Part shown: piece by piece, positions 9,651-19,138 of the stretch | Layout: every line of letters starts with the position of its first letter | How positions within the stretch are numbered: the stretch's first letter is position 1 | Source: a virus | IMG/VR virus record: IMGVR_UViG_3300013014_000020 | Coordinates: 51,295-115,294 of that record | Strand: one strand, 5' to 3' | DNA: 64,000 bases | Made by a program: the position numbers and the translations under genes | The notes under the pieces: generated by a model | The model's input: the letters and a program-made list of their open reading frames with translations, nothing else | What the model was told of the DNA's origin: nothing | Database searches by the model: none

Positions 9651-12600
9651 TTATACATCATCAAACGACGCACCAGTTGGTGTAATGTAGAATGTAATAT
9701 CAATAAATTCTAAAGATTTTGTAGGTTTAATATAGATTTTACCAACCATTTGGTTTTTATCTAAGTCTTCGGTATCATTTGATACTGTTACTCGGAAATC
9801 ATATAAACCTCTATCTCTTCTTATTGAATCTAAAATTGGGTTAACCGCATTCAAGAAGTCTTGTCTTACTTGTTGGTCATTTTGGTCAAACAACAATCTT
9901 ACAGAAACAGCAGAAATTAATTTTCTTGCTTGTAATAACAATCTTCTTACGTTGATTCTATCAAGGGCTGATTCTCTTACTTGAAGTGTTTTATTACCCC
10001 AAATTACAGTACCTACGTCAGCAAATGTTGCGATTGGGTTAATTCTACCAAGATAAAGAACGTCTCTATCTTCTTGTGTTAACTTCTTACGAGCTTTAAT
10101 TGAATTTACAATACCACGAGTATAACCCGCTGCCGCAAACCAAGGGAATGCAATATTATCAGTAAGTGCCAAGTTTCTTGTAACTTCAGCAGTTGCTGGA
10201 ATATAGATTTGTGTATTGTTTACACTATCTCTTGTTAACACCCAAGGATAATATGTTGCAGTATAGTTAGAGTCAATACCTGTTTCTTCTAACAAATCAA
10301 CAGCTTCTTGTGGGTAGATAAAGTTATCACCTTCAGTTGTTGTTGCAACAAACATATTGTAATCCGGCATTGTTGTAATATAAAGTGAATCCGCTCTTTC
10401 ATTTTCAACCATATCGATTGTTGTTTCAACAAGATTACTATTGTTATACAAATCAATACCTGGTGTTGTTAATATATTGATATTTACAGCTTCTGGGTTG
10501 GCAAATGTTCTAATACCTAATAAGTAAGCGTAGTAATCTGTATTACCATATTCAACACTTCCATCACCGATTGCAATTTGTTTAAACAATCCATTTCCTT
10601 TACCTTTAGGGTATCTTAAAGATGAACAAGCACCATTTAAGAATCCTGTTCTACCTAAAGTATATTTATCAGCATTTGTTCTGTATTCTCTATAGATATC
10701 CCAACCATCAAATCCACCATAAACCATTACTGTGAATTTTCTAGCGTTTAATCTGTAGTAAGGATCAGTTGGGTCCGTAGGTTCCGAAGAAAACGTAGCG
10801 TCACCAACTTCAAAAGCTGAAGTACCACTTGAAGCAAAAGCTCCGGAAATTGTAATACCACTTGCAAGTTCGTCCATATGGAAACCTTTAGTTTTGAAAT
10901 CCCACTCAAATGGTTCACCAGAACATAAGTTAAATGGTTTTCTTTTTCCTTTATATTGGAAGAAATCTGTATCGACACCCCAGTAAGAACCTAAACCTAA
11001 GTATGTTCTTCTAACGTTGTCTCCACCACTTGTGAACGCATCATCACCACCATTGGATAAACCAAAAGGAGGGTTAAATACTAATTCACCTGGTAAGAAA
11101 TATTTAGTTTTATAAACTGGGAATGGTGATCTTCCACCTGGATATTCTCTGAATGTATAACCTTCAAAACCACAAGGGATTGAATCTATTGGTGCGTCTT
11201 CATTAATTTCAACAAGGACGTATCTAGACTTTAATTCATATTCACCATCTAATGTACCAATTTTTTTAGCAATAAAGTTATTTTCTTGTGGGTTCATTGA
11301 ACAGTTAGTGAATTTTTCCAATACAACTGGGTTAGAATCACTATCAAAATAATCTCTAATTAAAACTGTAAACGTTTCATTGTTAAATGATAAGTCAGCT
11401 AATGAAATTTTCACTTCGGTGTTTGCACTATTACCGTCCGAAATTGTATAGAATTTAAATAAGTTATAAACCTTTGTACCTCTTAATTCTGATACAACCC
11501 AAGGTGTGCTTGGTGATTGGAATTTTTCTAAAAAGTAACCAATACTATTTAAGTCATTACTTTGAGCACCTTCACTAGTAACTAATTCAGCACTTAAACC
11601 TCTTATATAACCTTTGCTCCACGCATAATTAAGTAAATTTAAATACGATTCTTCGACCATTAATGGAACTTGAGTTCTTGGTTTTTCAAAATTACCACGA
11701 CCAAATACTTTATTAATGTTTTTAGCATCACTATTAGATAATGAAACTTCAAAATCAAATTCTTTACCGTCGTAGTTAGTAATACCAACACTAAATGGTA
11801 AAAATGGATTTTTAAGTACACCACTATACTGACCAGTCATATCTATTGTAACATCTGTAATACCAGTAACTTCATAGATTGGATTTGTTCCATCTGAATA
11901 AGGTGAATTACCTCTTGATCTCAATGTTGTTACAACTAAATCATCGTATTCAGTAAATGAACTTCCAGTGTAATAATAAATCACACCCACAACAGAACCT
12001 GTAAAACACACATTTGGTATTGGTGGTACTGTTGTTGTAGTTGTTACTGGTAAAATTGGGTCGCAAATAAATTGTATAGTAATTGTAACATCATTAGGAT
12101 CTAATTCGATAGGATCACTAGATACTAAATTACTTACTGAACCAGTACCAGCTAATCTTTGATAATCGTCGTTAGGGAAACTAACAATAGTACAACCACT
12201 AACCTCACCGGCTTCAATTGTTACAGAATCACTAATTAATATTGGTAACCCACTTGTAACGTTTATTGTTGTATCAAATGATAATGTTACATCATTTGTA
12301 ACTGGTAGTGTTGAAGATAAACAAAATTGAACGACAATTGAACCTGGTGCAACACTTACAACTAAATTATAAGGACCAAAATTTCCAGTCGTTGTTGTCG
12401 TTGTTATCATATACGGAATGAATGGATTTTGTAAACTTGTATATGTGTTTGTTTGAACAAGGTTATCAACCGATGAAAAGAATGAAAACCCTGAATATAA
12501 ACTATTTCCAGCATTTTGAAACAATGCATAATACCAAGAATCGTTTTGTGGTGAAGTTGGGTCTGAATTTTCAAAAACAACATTATCAACCGCAAATACA

Positions 12601-13307
12601 TTTGTTTCCGCAGTGTAACCACCACCATATAAAGTATTATAATCTGCTTGTGGTATTGAACCAAAATATCTTATAAAATTATTTTGTGCGGCAGTTGGAT
12701 TACTACTATTAATAACATCAGAAATTAATGCGTTAATTTGTGTTTGTAGTGTTGATAAATCACCATCAAATTCTTCATACGAAGAAGTTAGAATGTTTTG
12801 GATGTCGCTTGGGAAACTTGTTAAGTAACTAACAGCTCCTGTGTTTAGAGTACACGCACTAAATTCTACGGTAAATGGTAATTCTTTTTTAATCACACAA
12901 GCTGGTTCACATAAAACGGTACCAGCACTTAAACACCAATAATCTAATGTTTTAGAGTCCAAGTTTGCTTTAGTTAAAATAGACCAAGAAGGCCCAGCGT
13001 CATATCCAGATAATCCTAAAATTCTGGTAACAAACAATTGATTTGATTGTTGTAAATACGCTTTAGCGATATAAGCAGATTCATACTTTGGAATCTGTGT
13101 GTTTACGAATTTATCTGGTGATGTTCCACCAAAATAAGATTGGAATTCGTCGTAGTTTCTTACAAAAATTGGTTCAAATGCCGGACCTTTAATTGTTTCT
13201 CCGACTATCCCTAGAGTTGTAACACCAACGCTTTGAGCAACAAAACTCAAATCAACTTCTGATGTATAAACTCCTGGTGATACAAAAACTTTACTGTTAG
13301 TAGCCAT
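9651..13307 (-). CDS. Tail sheath protein (T4 gp18-like) with insertion domain
   Basis: FVSPGVYTSEVDLS, G.TIKGPAFEP, YYPWV, PWFAAAGYTRG, INPIATF..VG.VIWGNKTL, DRINVRRL, IYIKPTKSLEFI. Confidence 0.97.
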   Translation of the reverse strand: MATNSKVFVSPGVYTSEVDLSFVAQSVGVTTLGIVGETIKGPAFEPIFVRNYDEFQSYFGGTSPDKFVNTQIPKYESAYIAKAYLQQSNQLFVTRILGLSGYDAGPSWSILTKANLDSKTLDYWCLSAGTVLCEPACVIKKELPFTVEFSACTLNTGAVSYLTSFPSDIQNILTSSYEEFDGDLSTLQTQINALISDVINSSNPTAAQNNFIRYFGSIPQADYNTLYGGGYTAETNVFAVDNVVFENSDPTSPQNDSWYYALFQNAGNSLYSGFSFFSSVDNLVQTNTYTSLQNPFIPYMITTTTTTGNFGPYNLVVSVAPGSIVVQFCLSSTLPVTNDVTLSFDTTINVTSGLPILISDSVTIEAGEVSGCTIVSFPNDDYQRLAGTGSVSNLVSSDPIELDPNDVTITIQFICDPILPVTTTTTVPPIPNVCFTGSVVGVIYYYTGSSFTEYDDLVVTTLRSRGNSPYSDGTNPIYEVTGITDVTIDMTGQYSGVLKNPFLPFSVGITNYDGKEFDFEVSLSNSDAKNINKVFGRGNFEKPRTQVPLMVEESYLNLLNYAWSKGYIRGLSAELVTSEGAQSNDLNSIGYFLEKFQSPSTPWVVSELRGTKVYNLFKFYTISDGNSANTEVKISLADLSFNNETFTVLIRDYFDSDSNPVVLEKFTNCSMNPQENNFIAKKIGTLDGEYELKSRYVLVEINEDAPIDSIPCGFEGYTFREYPGGRSPFPVYKTKYFLPGELVFNPPFGLSNGGDDAFTSGGDNVRRTYLGLGSYWGVDTDFFQYKGKRKPFNLCSGEPFEWDFKTKGFHMDELASGITISGAFASSGTSAFEVGDATFSSEPTDPTDPYYRLNARKFTVMVYGGFDGWDIYREYRTNADKYTLGRTGFLNGACSSLRYPKGKGNGLFKQIAIGDGSVEYGNTDYYAYLLGIRTFANPEAVNINILTTPGIDLYNNSNLVETTIDMVENERADSLYITTMPDYNMFVATTTEGDNFIYPQEAVDLLEETGIDSNYTATYYPWVLTRDSVNNTQIYIPATAEVTRNLALTDNIAFPWFAAAGYTRGIVNSIKARKKLTQEDRDVLYLGRINPIATFADVGTVIWGNKTLQVRESALDRINVRRLLLQARKLISAVSVRLLFDQNDQQVRQDFLNAVNPILDSIRRDRGLYDFRVTVSNDTEDLDKNQMVGKIYIKPTKSLEFIDITFYITPTGASFDDV

Positions 13308-13339
13308 TGTCTTTATTTAATTTATTCATTTATTTTAAT

Positions 13340-13346
13340 ATAAATA
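13340..13346 (-). promoter_or_regulatory. TATTTAT putative late-promoter motif upstream of the sheath (representative minus-strand copy)
   Basis: Reads ATAAATA on the plus strand; also at 5018, 7109, 8647, 9586, 15155, 25810, 29114, 31723, 32317, 36087, 40486, 40889, 43496, 54352 and 57273. Confidence 0.6.
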
Positions 13347-13402
13347 TTAACGTTTTAAGCAAAAACTTTACTTATTATAAACTATTTATATTTTGGTATG
13401 AT

Positions 13403-13424
13403 TTTTTTCTACCTTTTTTCTACC
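13403..13424 (+). repeat. Perfect tandem 11-bp direct repeat TTTTTTCTACC x2 (putative operator)
   Basis: Copies at 13403-13413 and 13414-13424, ending 1 bp before the ATG of the small RHH gene. Confidence 0.6.
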
Positions 13425-13425
13425 T

Positions 13426-13590
13426 ATGTCAGAACAACTAAAAAAGATAAAAAATTTAAAGATTGATAAAGACGTTCACGATGTCTTAAAAAAATATTGT
13501 GATAAAAGGGGACTTAAAATGTATAAATTTTTAGAAGGTCTTATTTTGGAAAAATGTAAAGAAAAAAAAGATATATACGGTGAAGATTAA
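13426..13590 (+). CDS. Small ribbon-helix-helix (CopG/Arc-like) DNA-binding protein, 54 aa
   Basis: Not in the ORF track. MSEQLKKIKNLKIDKDVHDVLKKYCDKRGLKMYKFLEGLILEKCKEKKDIYGED*, with an alternating strand KNLKI, helix, G-turn, helix pattern. Confidence 0.7.
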   Translation: MSEQLKKIKNLKIDKDVHDVLKKYCDKRGLKMYKFLEGLILEKCKEKKDIYGED

Positions 13591-14624
13591 TTAAGAGACT
13601 CAACGTATACTAAACTAGCCACTTGTGTTGCGTCTAGTCTAACAATCTGAAATAAAATTGTATCATTTGTGTTAATTTGTATTTCAGTTAAATCATTTCC
13701 GTAGTAATCCCCATTTATATAAACTTGGAATGAACTAATGTTATTTGATTGGGTTAAGTTCATTTTAAATGTATAATTAAATAATTCCTCAACCTCATCA
13801 GTTGTTACTGGAAATACAACATCATAAACCGTTGGTTCTGGTGGTTGTGCTCTTTTTTGTCTTCTTTTTTTATACGGAGTTTCGGTTTCAAACAACTGGA
13901 ATGACCTAGTAATAGCAGGGCTAACCTCAAATTGGTCTTCATCTATTAAAAACCCCATCATTGTAAATTCATACTTTTGTATATAGTATTTTCTTTTTTC
14001 CAAATCCATAACCGACTCATCCGTTATGTTATTCATTTTAATTGGTATGTAATGTCCTTTAATTGTTTGATACGATTGAAGTGATGAAAATTTTTCAATA
14101 ACAATTTGATTAAATTTATTAACCTCACGCATTCTATTACAGATAATAGCAACAGTATAAGTTATATCAACTGGGACTGGTTGTGGTATTTTATAAATGT
14201 CATAACCATTTTTATTTCCATCCCAAGTTGGTACCTTAGCATAAAAATATAATCTCCTATTAGGTATTGTGTAAACTATCGATGGGTTATTACCATATTT
14301 AACTTCTGGTGTTCTAATTACAGTTATAAATGGCGGTTCGGTATTTTTGTCAATATTTTGAAAGTCCCAAGTTTCAACAAACTGTGACCAATTTTGTGTT
14401 GTTATTAAAATATCTATCATTGGTATTGTTTTACCTTCGACAACACACTTTAATTCATCACGAACAAAATCTAAAAATCCACGATCTAAATCTGCGTGTA
14501 ATAAACTTTTAGGTAAAAACGTTCCATCCGCCTCTATCATATCACGAAGTTCTCTTCTTCGTGGTAAAAGAGTTTTAGATTCAGTTAACGGAATGTATTT
14601 TTTTATTTTTTTTGGTAATGCCAT
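13587..14624 (-). CDS. Tail completion / sheath stabiliser (T4 gp15-like)
   Basis: PVPVDITYTVAI..N...N.F motif; position between neck gene and sheath. Confidence 0.6.
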   Translation of the reverse strand: MALPKKIKKYIPLTESKTLLPRRRELRDMIEADGTFLPKSLLHADLDRGFLDFVRDELKCVVEGKTIPMIDILITTQNWSQFVETWDFQNIDKNTEPPFITVIRTPEVKYGNNPSIVYTIPNRRLYFYAKVPTWDGNKNGYDIYKIPQPVPVDITYTVAIICNRMREVNKFNQIVIEKFSSLQSYQTIKGHYIPIKMNNITDESVMDLEKRKYYIQKYEFTMMGFLIDEDQFEVSPAITRSFQLFETETPYKKRRQKRAQPPEPTVYDVVFPVTTDEVEELFNYTFKMNLTQSNNISSFQVYINGDYYGNDLTEIQINTNDTILFQIVRLDATQVASLVYVESLN

Positions 14625-14626
14625 TA

Positions 14627-15139
14627 TTATAACGCTCTAAATTCATTAGGTCCGACTGGTGCCGCAACAATAGTTTTATAAAAAGGACGATAGCCTTTAT
14701 ATGTGTGTTTAAAATCAGACACTACCCTACCGTCATTAACAACAGTGTAATACCTTACAAAATTTTCTGTATCGTAATAACCAACGTAATCTCCAAGATC
14801 AATATCTATCCCAAGCTCCTCAAGTGTTTTTAAATAAACTGATATTGTTATGTTTCCTGGCTCAAGTTGTACGTTCTTGGTAGAACCAACATTTTTATTT
14901 TCTGGTGTCGCAATTTGCACAAACGCACTAAATTCTATTGGTGCTAAAAACTTAATACCGTCTGACACTGTTTCACCATAAACATCATCAGTTTTTGTTT
15001 TTGTTTTATCTACTCTGTAAAGAACACAAGTAAAGTTCATATCACCAATTAACCATTCTTGACCCATCTCAATTTCAAGATTAAAGTCGTTATCACCAAA
15101 AAATTTACCAAGTCTTGTTATTGGAACTCTATTATCCAT
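14627..15139 (-). CDS. Neck / head-closure protein (T4 gp14-like)
   Basis: LYRVD..KT..DDVYGE and I..GDY motifs; synteny with gp15-like gene and sheath. Confidence 0.6.
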   Translation of the reverse strand: MDNRVPITRLGKFFGDNDFNLEIEMGQEWLIGDMNFTCVLYRVDKTKTKTDDVYGETVSDGIKFLAPIEFSAFVQIATPENKNVGSTKNVQLEPGNITISVYLKTLEELGIDIDLGDYVGYYDTENFVRYYTVVNDGRVVSDFKHTYKGYRPFYKTIVAAPVGPNEFRAL

Positions 15140-15198
15140 AATTGTTATTTATTGATAAATATTGTTTTTATTATTATTTTTATTTATAACTTGGAATT

Positions 15199-16959
15199 TT
15201 GGAATTACAAAAACAATTAATAGAACATAAAGCACTCGATTTGTTGGATTCATATAGTGGAGCCAACAATCATATTCTTTATATGAAAACAAAAAAGGAC
15301 ACTAATAAAAAGTTTTATCCTACAAGAACACAAGCTGAATATGTTGTAACGTATTTTGATACAAAACCTAAAGTTGCTCGTAAGTGGGTTGAGTTAGATC
15401 CTTATTTTGCTAAAAAGTTTGCACAAGAAAGGTCTTTACTTGAAACTCCAGAAAAAATTTACATTGAAAAGTTATTAGTTGAAAAAGATAAATCTTATCA
15501 TATCTGGGGTAAATTTTTTGAAAGGGATGGTTTGTCCGAATTTTGGGTTCCTAAGTCGTCTTTAATTAAATCACAAACGGTAGATGAGGTTAACATTGAT
15601 TACTCTAAATATGATCATAGACCACCACTATCACATCAAAAAGAAGCAATAGAAAAACTTGTTGGTTCTAAACGATTTATATTGGCCGATGATATGGGTC
15701 TTGGTAAGACAACATCTACAATTATTGCGGCTCTTGAGACTGGTGCAAAGAAAATATTAATAGTATGTCCTGCATCACTTAAAATAAACTGGGAAAGAGA
15801 AATTGCAAATTATTCAGATAGAGTTTGTTATATTGCTGAAGGTAAAAAATTCTCAACTGAAGCCGATTTTGTTATTGTTAATTACGACATATTAAAAAAT
15901 TTCCACAACAAGGAAGATAAAGAAAATTCTTTATTATTACAATCAAAATTTGAACTTGTAATTTTAGATGAGGCACATATGGTCTCAAATGCTCAAGCGC
16001 AAAGAACAAAACTTATAAACGATTTTACAAAAAACATTAAAAGAGTTTGGTTGCTTACCGGAACGCCAATGACATCAAGACCTATTAATTACTATAATCT
16101 ATTAAACATAATTGAAAGTCCTGTTGCTCAAAACTGGATGGCTTATGCAATTCGTTATTGTCAGGGATTTCAGTTTAGAGCTGGTAATAGAAAAGTTTGG
16201 AACGTAACTGGGGCGTCAAACCTAGAAGAGTTAAGGGATAGAACATCAAAACAAATTTTAAGAAGATTAAAAGAAAATGTTTTAGATTTACCGGACAAGA
16301 TTATTACACCAGTGTATTTAAGAACCTCATCAAAAGAATACAAAGACCTAATGGGTGAGTATTACGAATGGTTAGAAAATAGAAAAGATGAATCATCTTC
16401 ACTTACAGTCCAGTTTTCAAAATTAATGAAAGTAAGAAAAGTAATTGCAAATGAAAAAGTAAAAGACACAATTGAGTTTGTGCAAAACATTGTAGACCAA
16501 GGAAAAAAAGTAATTATTTTTACAAACTTTACTGACACACTACAACTAATCCATAATCATTTTGGGAAAGAATCTGTATATCTGGACGGTAGTTGTAACA
16601 AAACACAAAGACAATATGCCGTGGATCAGTTTCAAGAAAATGAAAAAGTAAAAGTCTTTGTTGGAAATTTAAAAGCGGCAGGTGTTGGTCTTACATTAAC
16701 AGCGGCTGAAGTTGTGATAATGAATGACCTATCATTTGTACCAGCGGAACACGCACAAGCAGAAGACAGGGCATACAGATATGGTCAAAAAAACAACGTC
16801 CTTGTTTATTATCCAATATTTGAAAATACAATAGAAGGCGTTATCTATGATATATTAAATAAGAAGAAGAAAGTGATTGGCACCGTAATGGGGGATGAAC
16901 TACAAGAATCTGGTGATGTTGTAGAAGAAATACTACACCTAATAAATAAAAGAAATTAA
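15199..16959 (+). CDS. SNF2-family (SMARCAL1/HARP-like) helicase
   Basis: LADDMGLGKT, CPASL..NW..E, DEAH, LTGTP, LRRLK, GVGLTL, QAEDRAYRYGQ. Confidence 0.93.
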   Translation: MELQKQLIEHKALDLLDSYSGANNHILYMKTKKDTNKKFYPTRTQAEYVVTYFDTKPKVARKWVELDPYFAKKFAQERSLLETPEKIYIEKLLVEKDKSYHIWGKFFERDGLSEFWVPKSSLIKSQTVDEVNIDYSKYDHRPPLSHQKEAIEKLVGSKRFILADDMGLGKTTSTIIAALETGAKKILIVCPASLKINWEREIANYSDRVCYIAEGKKFSTEADFVIVNYDILKNFHNKEDKENSLLLQSKFELVILDEAHMVSNAQAQRTKLINDFTKNIKRVWLLTGTPMTSRPINYYNLLNIIESPVAQNWMAYAIRYCQGFQFRAGNRKVWNVTGASNLEELRDRTSKQILRRLKENVLDLPDKIITPVYLRTSSKEYKDLMGEYYEWLENRKDESSSLTVQFSKLMKVRKVIANEKVKDTIEFVQNIVDQGKKVIIFTNFTDTLQLIHNHFGKESVYLDGSCNKTQRQYAVDQFQENEKVKVFVGNLKAAGVGLTLTAAEVVIMNDLSFVPAEHAQAEDRAYRYGQKNNVLVYYPIFENTIEGVIYDILNKKKKVIGTVMGDELQESGDVVEEILHLINKRN

Positions 16960-16963
16960 CCAA

Positions 16964-16988
16964 ATCCCACCCAAAAGTGGGGTTTTTT
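16964..16988 (+). terminator. Intrinsic terminator after the helicase
   Basis: CCCAC-CCAAAA-GTGGG followed by GTTTTTT. Confidence 0.7.
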
Positions 16989-16999
16989 ATTTTATAATG

Positions 17000-17006
17000 T
17001 ATTTAT
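17000..17006 (+). promoter_or_regulatory. TATTTAT putative late-promoter motif (representative plus-strand copy)
   Basis: About 20 structural-type genes carry this motif shortly upstream of the start; other plus-strand copies at 19119, 36127 and 57293. Confidence 0.6.
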
Positions 17007-17011
17007 AGTTA

Positions 17012-19108
17012 ATGAAAGTTAAGGTAAAACATATAAAATGTGATATGTCCGAAAAAGACAGAAAGTTAGCAAACGATTTTATAAAATTTCTACAAAAAAA
17101 ATATCCATTAAAAGAAGAAATTACAATTATTTTTACTGGTGAAAGATTTGGCACAATGACATCTGGAAGTAGAACTAAAGATTCTGAACTTAAAATATTA
17201 ACTAAAGGAAGAATGAATAGAGATATTTTTAGAACTTTAGCTCACGAATGGATACACGAATGGCAAATGAATGTAAAAGGAAAAAAACCAACTAACGATG
17301 GTATTGGTGGGCCACTAGAAGATGAAGCAAATGCTGAAGCTGGTTCTCTATTAAAGAAATTTGAAAAAAATTTTCCAGAAAAAGAAGAAATGATGTATGA
17401 AGGTATAAATAAAAAAATTAATTTATTAAAAGAAAATATTTTAATCACTGAAAAAGAAAACATCAAAAAAGAATTTCTTTTAGAGATGAAAAAGATTGGT
17501 ATTGAAAAATTACCGTATTCGTATTCGGCATTAAAACAATTTGTTGATCCAGAAACAATGAACATACATTATAACAAACATTATAAAGGTTATGTTAAAA
17601 AATTAAATGACGCTCTTTCTAAAAAAAATTATAAAGATGTTGATTTAGAAGATATTATAAAATCTATTGGTAAGTACGATACAAAAGTTAGAAACAACGC
17701 TGGTGGTGCTTTTAATCACGCTTTATTTTGGAAAATGTTATCACCAAAAAAACAAATACCAAAAGGTGAAATTTTTGAAAAGATTACCAAACAATATGGT
17801 AATATTAAAAAAATGAAAGACGAGTTTAATGAAGTTGCTAAAGAAAGATTCGGTTCTGGTTGGGTTTGGCTTATTTTAACAAAAACAAATAGACTAAAAA
17901 TTATGTCAACACCAAATCAAGATAACCCTTTAATGAACATTGTTAAAGATGGTGGATACCCATTACTTGGTCTTGATCTTTGGGAGCACGCTTATTATTT
18001 AAGATACAGAAACAAAAGAGATGAGTATATTAAAAAATTCTGGAATCACATAAATTGGGAATTTGTTAATGAGCTCTATGTTGGGAAATCTAAAAAAAAA
18101 TTAAATGAATCTTATTTAAAAGTTTTATTAGAGAGCGAAGAATTTGAACCGGATATTAAACGTGCGATGAATCGTGAATTACAAAAAATTAGATTAATTC
18201 CATTAGACGCTGAAGCCGCAGAAGTTGCAATCAATAACATAATAACAACAGAAATTGATGAACGTGGTTTAAAATTTGATAGGTCAATAGTTGGTTTAAT
18301 GTCTTTAGATTTAAACAATACTTCCGAAAGAACTAGATTTAGATTTAATAATTATTATCAAAGATTCATTAGAAGTAGGTCAAGGGGTCTTGATTTTGAG
18401 GCGTTAATTTCTGGTTTATTAGGTGGCAATATTTCTTCTGGGTTAAATACCCCTTATGATATTATTACGTCAGATAATTTAAAAATCTCTTGTAAAATTG
18501 TTAGAGACACAAGTGAATCACCAGTATTAAAAGGTGTGAAAGCTTCGTTAAGTAATTATATTAATTCATACACGGGTAGTGATGAAAATAAAAACCTATT
18601 ACAAAGTATTGAGTCTGAACCAAATGTAATTGCAAAATTAATTAATAGTGAAAATCAGGATATGAGAAATGTTGCTGAAGATTTAATTAGTTATTTATTA
18701 GTAGATATTGACGGCATGTTACTTGGTGTACCAAAAAATGATTATGAAATATCATTATATTATTACGATAAAAACGCACTTAAAAATATTCTTAAATTAC
18801 CTGGAATGACAACCGCACCAAAATCAAAGGGTTCTCAACAAATAAGGTTCTCAACAAAAATACTTAAATTAACAAATTCTGAAGTTACACCATTAAGGGG
18901 TTCTATTAAATTTCCAGATATAACTATGGAAGAATACTCAAAATTTTTATTAGGTGATGATAAAACAAAAGAAGTTCTTGATTTATTTAATAATTTAGGT
19001 CAAAAATATGGTGTAGGTAAATTAGGTGATAATATACCACAGGACGTTATTAAAAATCTTTCTAGAAATGAAAGATTTAAGATAGATATGAGAAGAATAC
19101 TAAAATAA
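17012..19108 (+). CDS. sod: Three-domain fusion: HExxH metallopeptidase-like + Mn/Fe superoxide dismutase + putative PD-(D/E)xK nuclease-like domain
   Basis: TLAHEWIHEWQ...EDEANA; LPYSY.AL, TMNIHYNKH..Y, NNAGGAFNHALFW, FGSGW.W, NQDNP, DLWEHAYY; C-terminal GLDFEALISG...PYD...ISCK. The SOD call is strong; the flanking domain calls are weaker. Confidence 0.85.
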   Translation: MKVKVKHIKCDMSEKDRKLANDFIKFLQKKYPLKEEITIIFTGERFGTMTSGSRTKDSELKILTKGRMNRDIFRTLAHEWIHEWQMNVKGKKPTNDGIGGPLEDEANAEAGSLLKKFEKNFPEKEEMMYEGINKKINLLKENILITEKENIKKEFLLEMKKIGIEKLPYSYSALKQFVDPETMNIHYNKHYKGYVKKLNDALSKKNYKDVDLEDIIKSIGKYDTKVRNNAGGAFNHALFWKMLSPKKQIPKGEIFEKITKQYGNIKKMKDEFNEVAKERFGSGWVWLILTKTNRLKIMSTPNQDNPLMNIVKDGGYPLLGLDLWEHAYYLRYRNKRDEYIKKFWNHINWEFVNELYVGKSKKKLNESYLKVLLESEEFEPDIKRAMNRELQKIRLIPLDAEAAEVAINNIITTEIDERGLKFDRSIVGLMSLDLNNTSERTRFRFNNYYQRFIRSRSRGLDFEALISGLLGGNISSGLNTPYDIITSDNLKISCKIVRDTSESPVLKGVKASLSNYINSYTGSDENKNLLQSIESEPNVIAKLINSENQDMRNVAEDLISYLLVDIDGMLLGVPKNDYEISLYYYDKNALKNILKLPGMTTAPKSKGSQQIRFSTKILKLTNSEVTPLRGSIKFPDITMEEYSKFLLGDDKTKEVLDLFNNLGQKYGVGKLGDNIPQDVIKNLSRNERFKIDMRRILK

Positions 19109-19138
19109 TTTATTATGATATTTATATAAAAAAACTGT

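Noticed and set aside
8118-13307. Bacterial eCIS/tailocin locus rather than a phage
   Set aside because: Neck/head-joining genes, PolB, helicase and dUTPase indicate a full phage genome.
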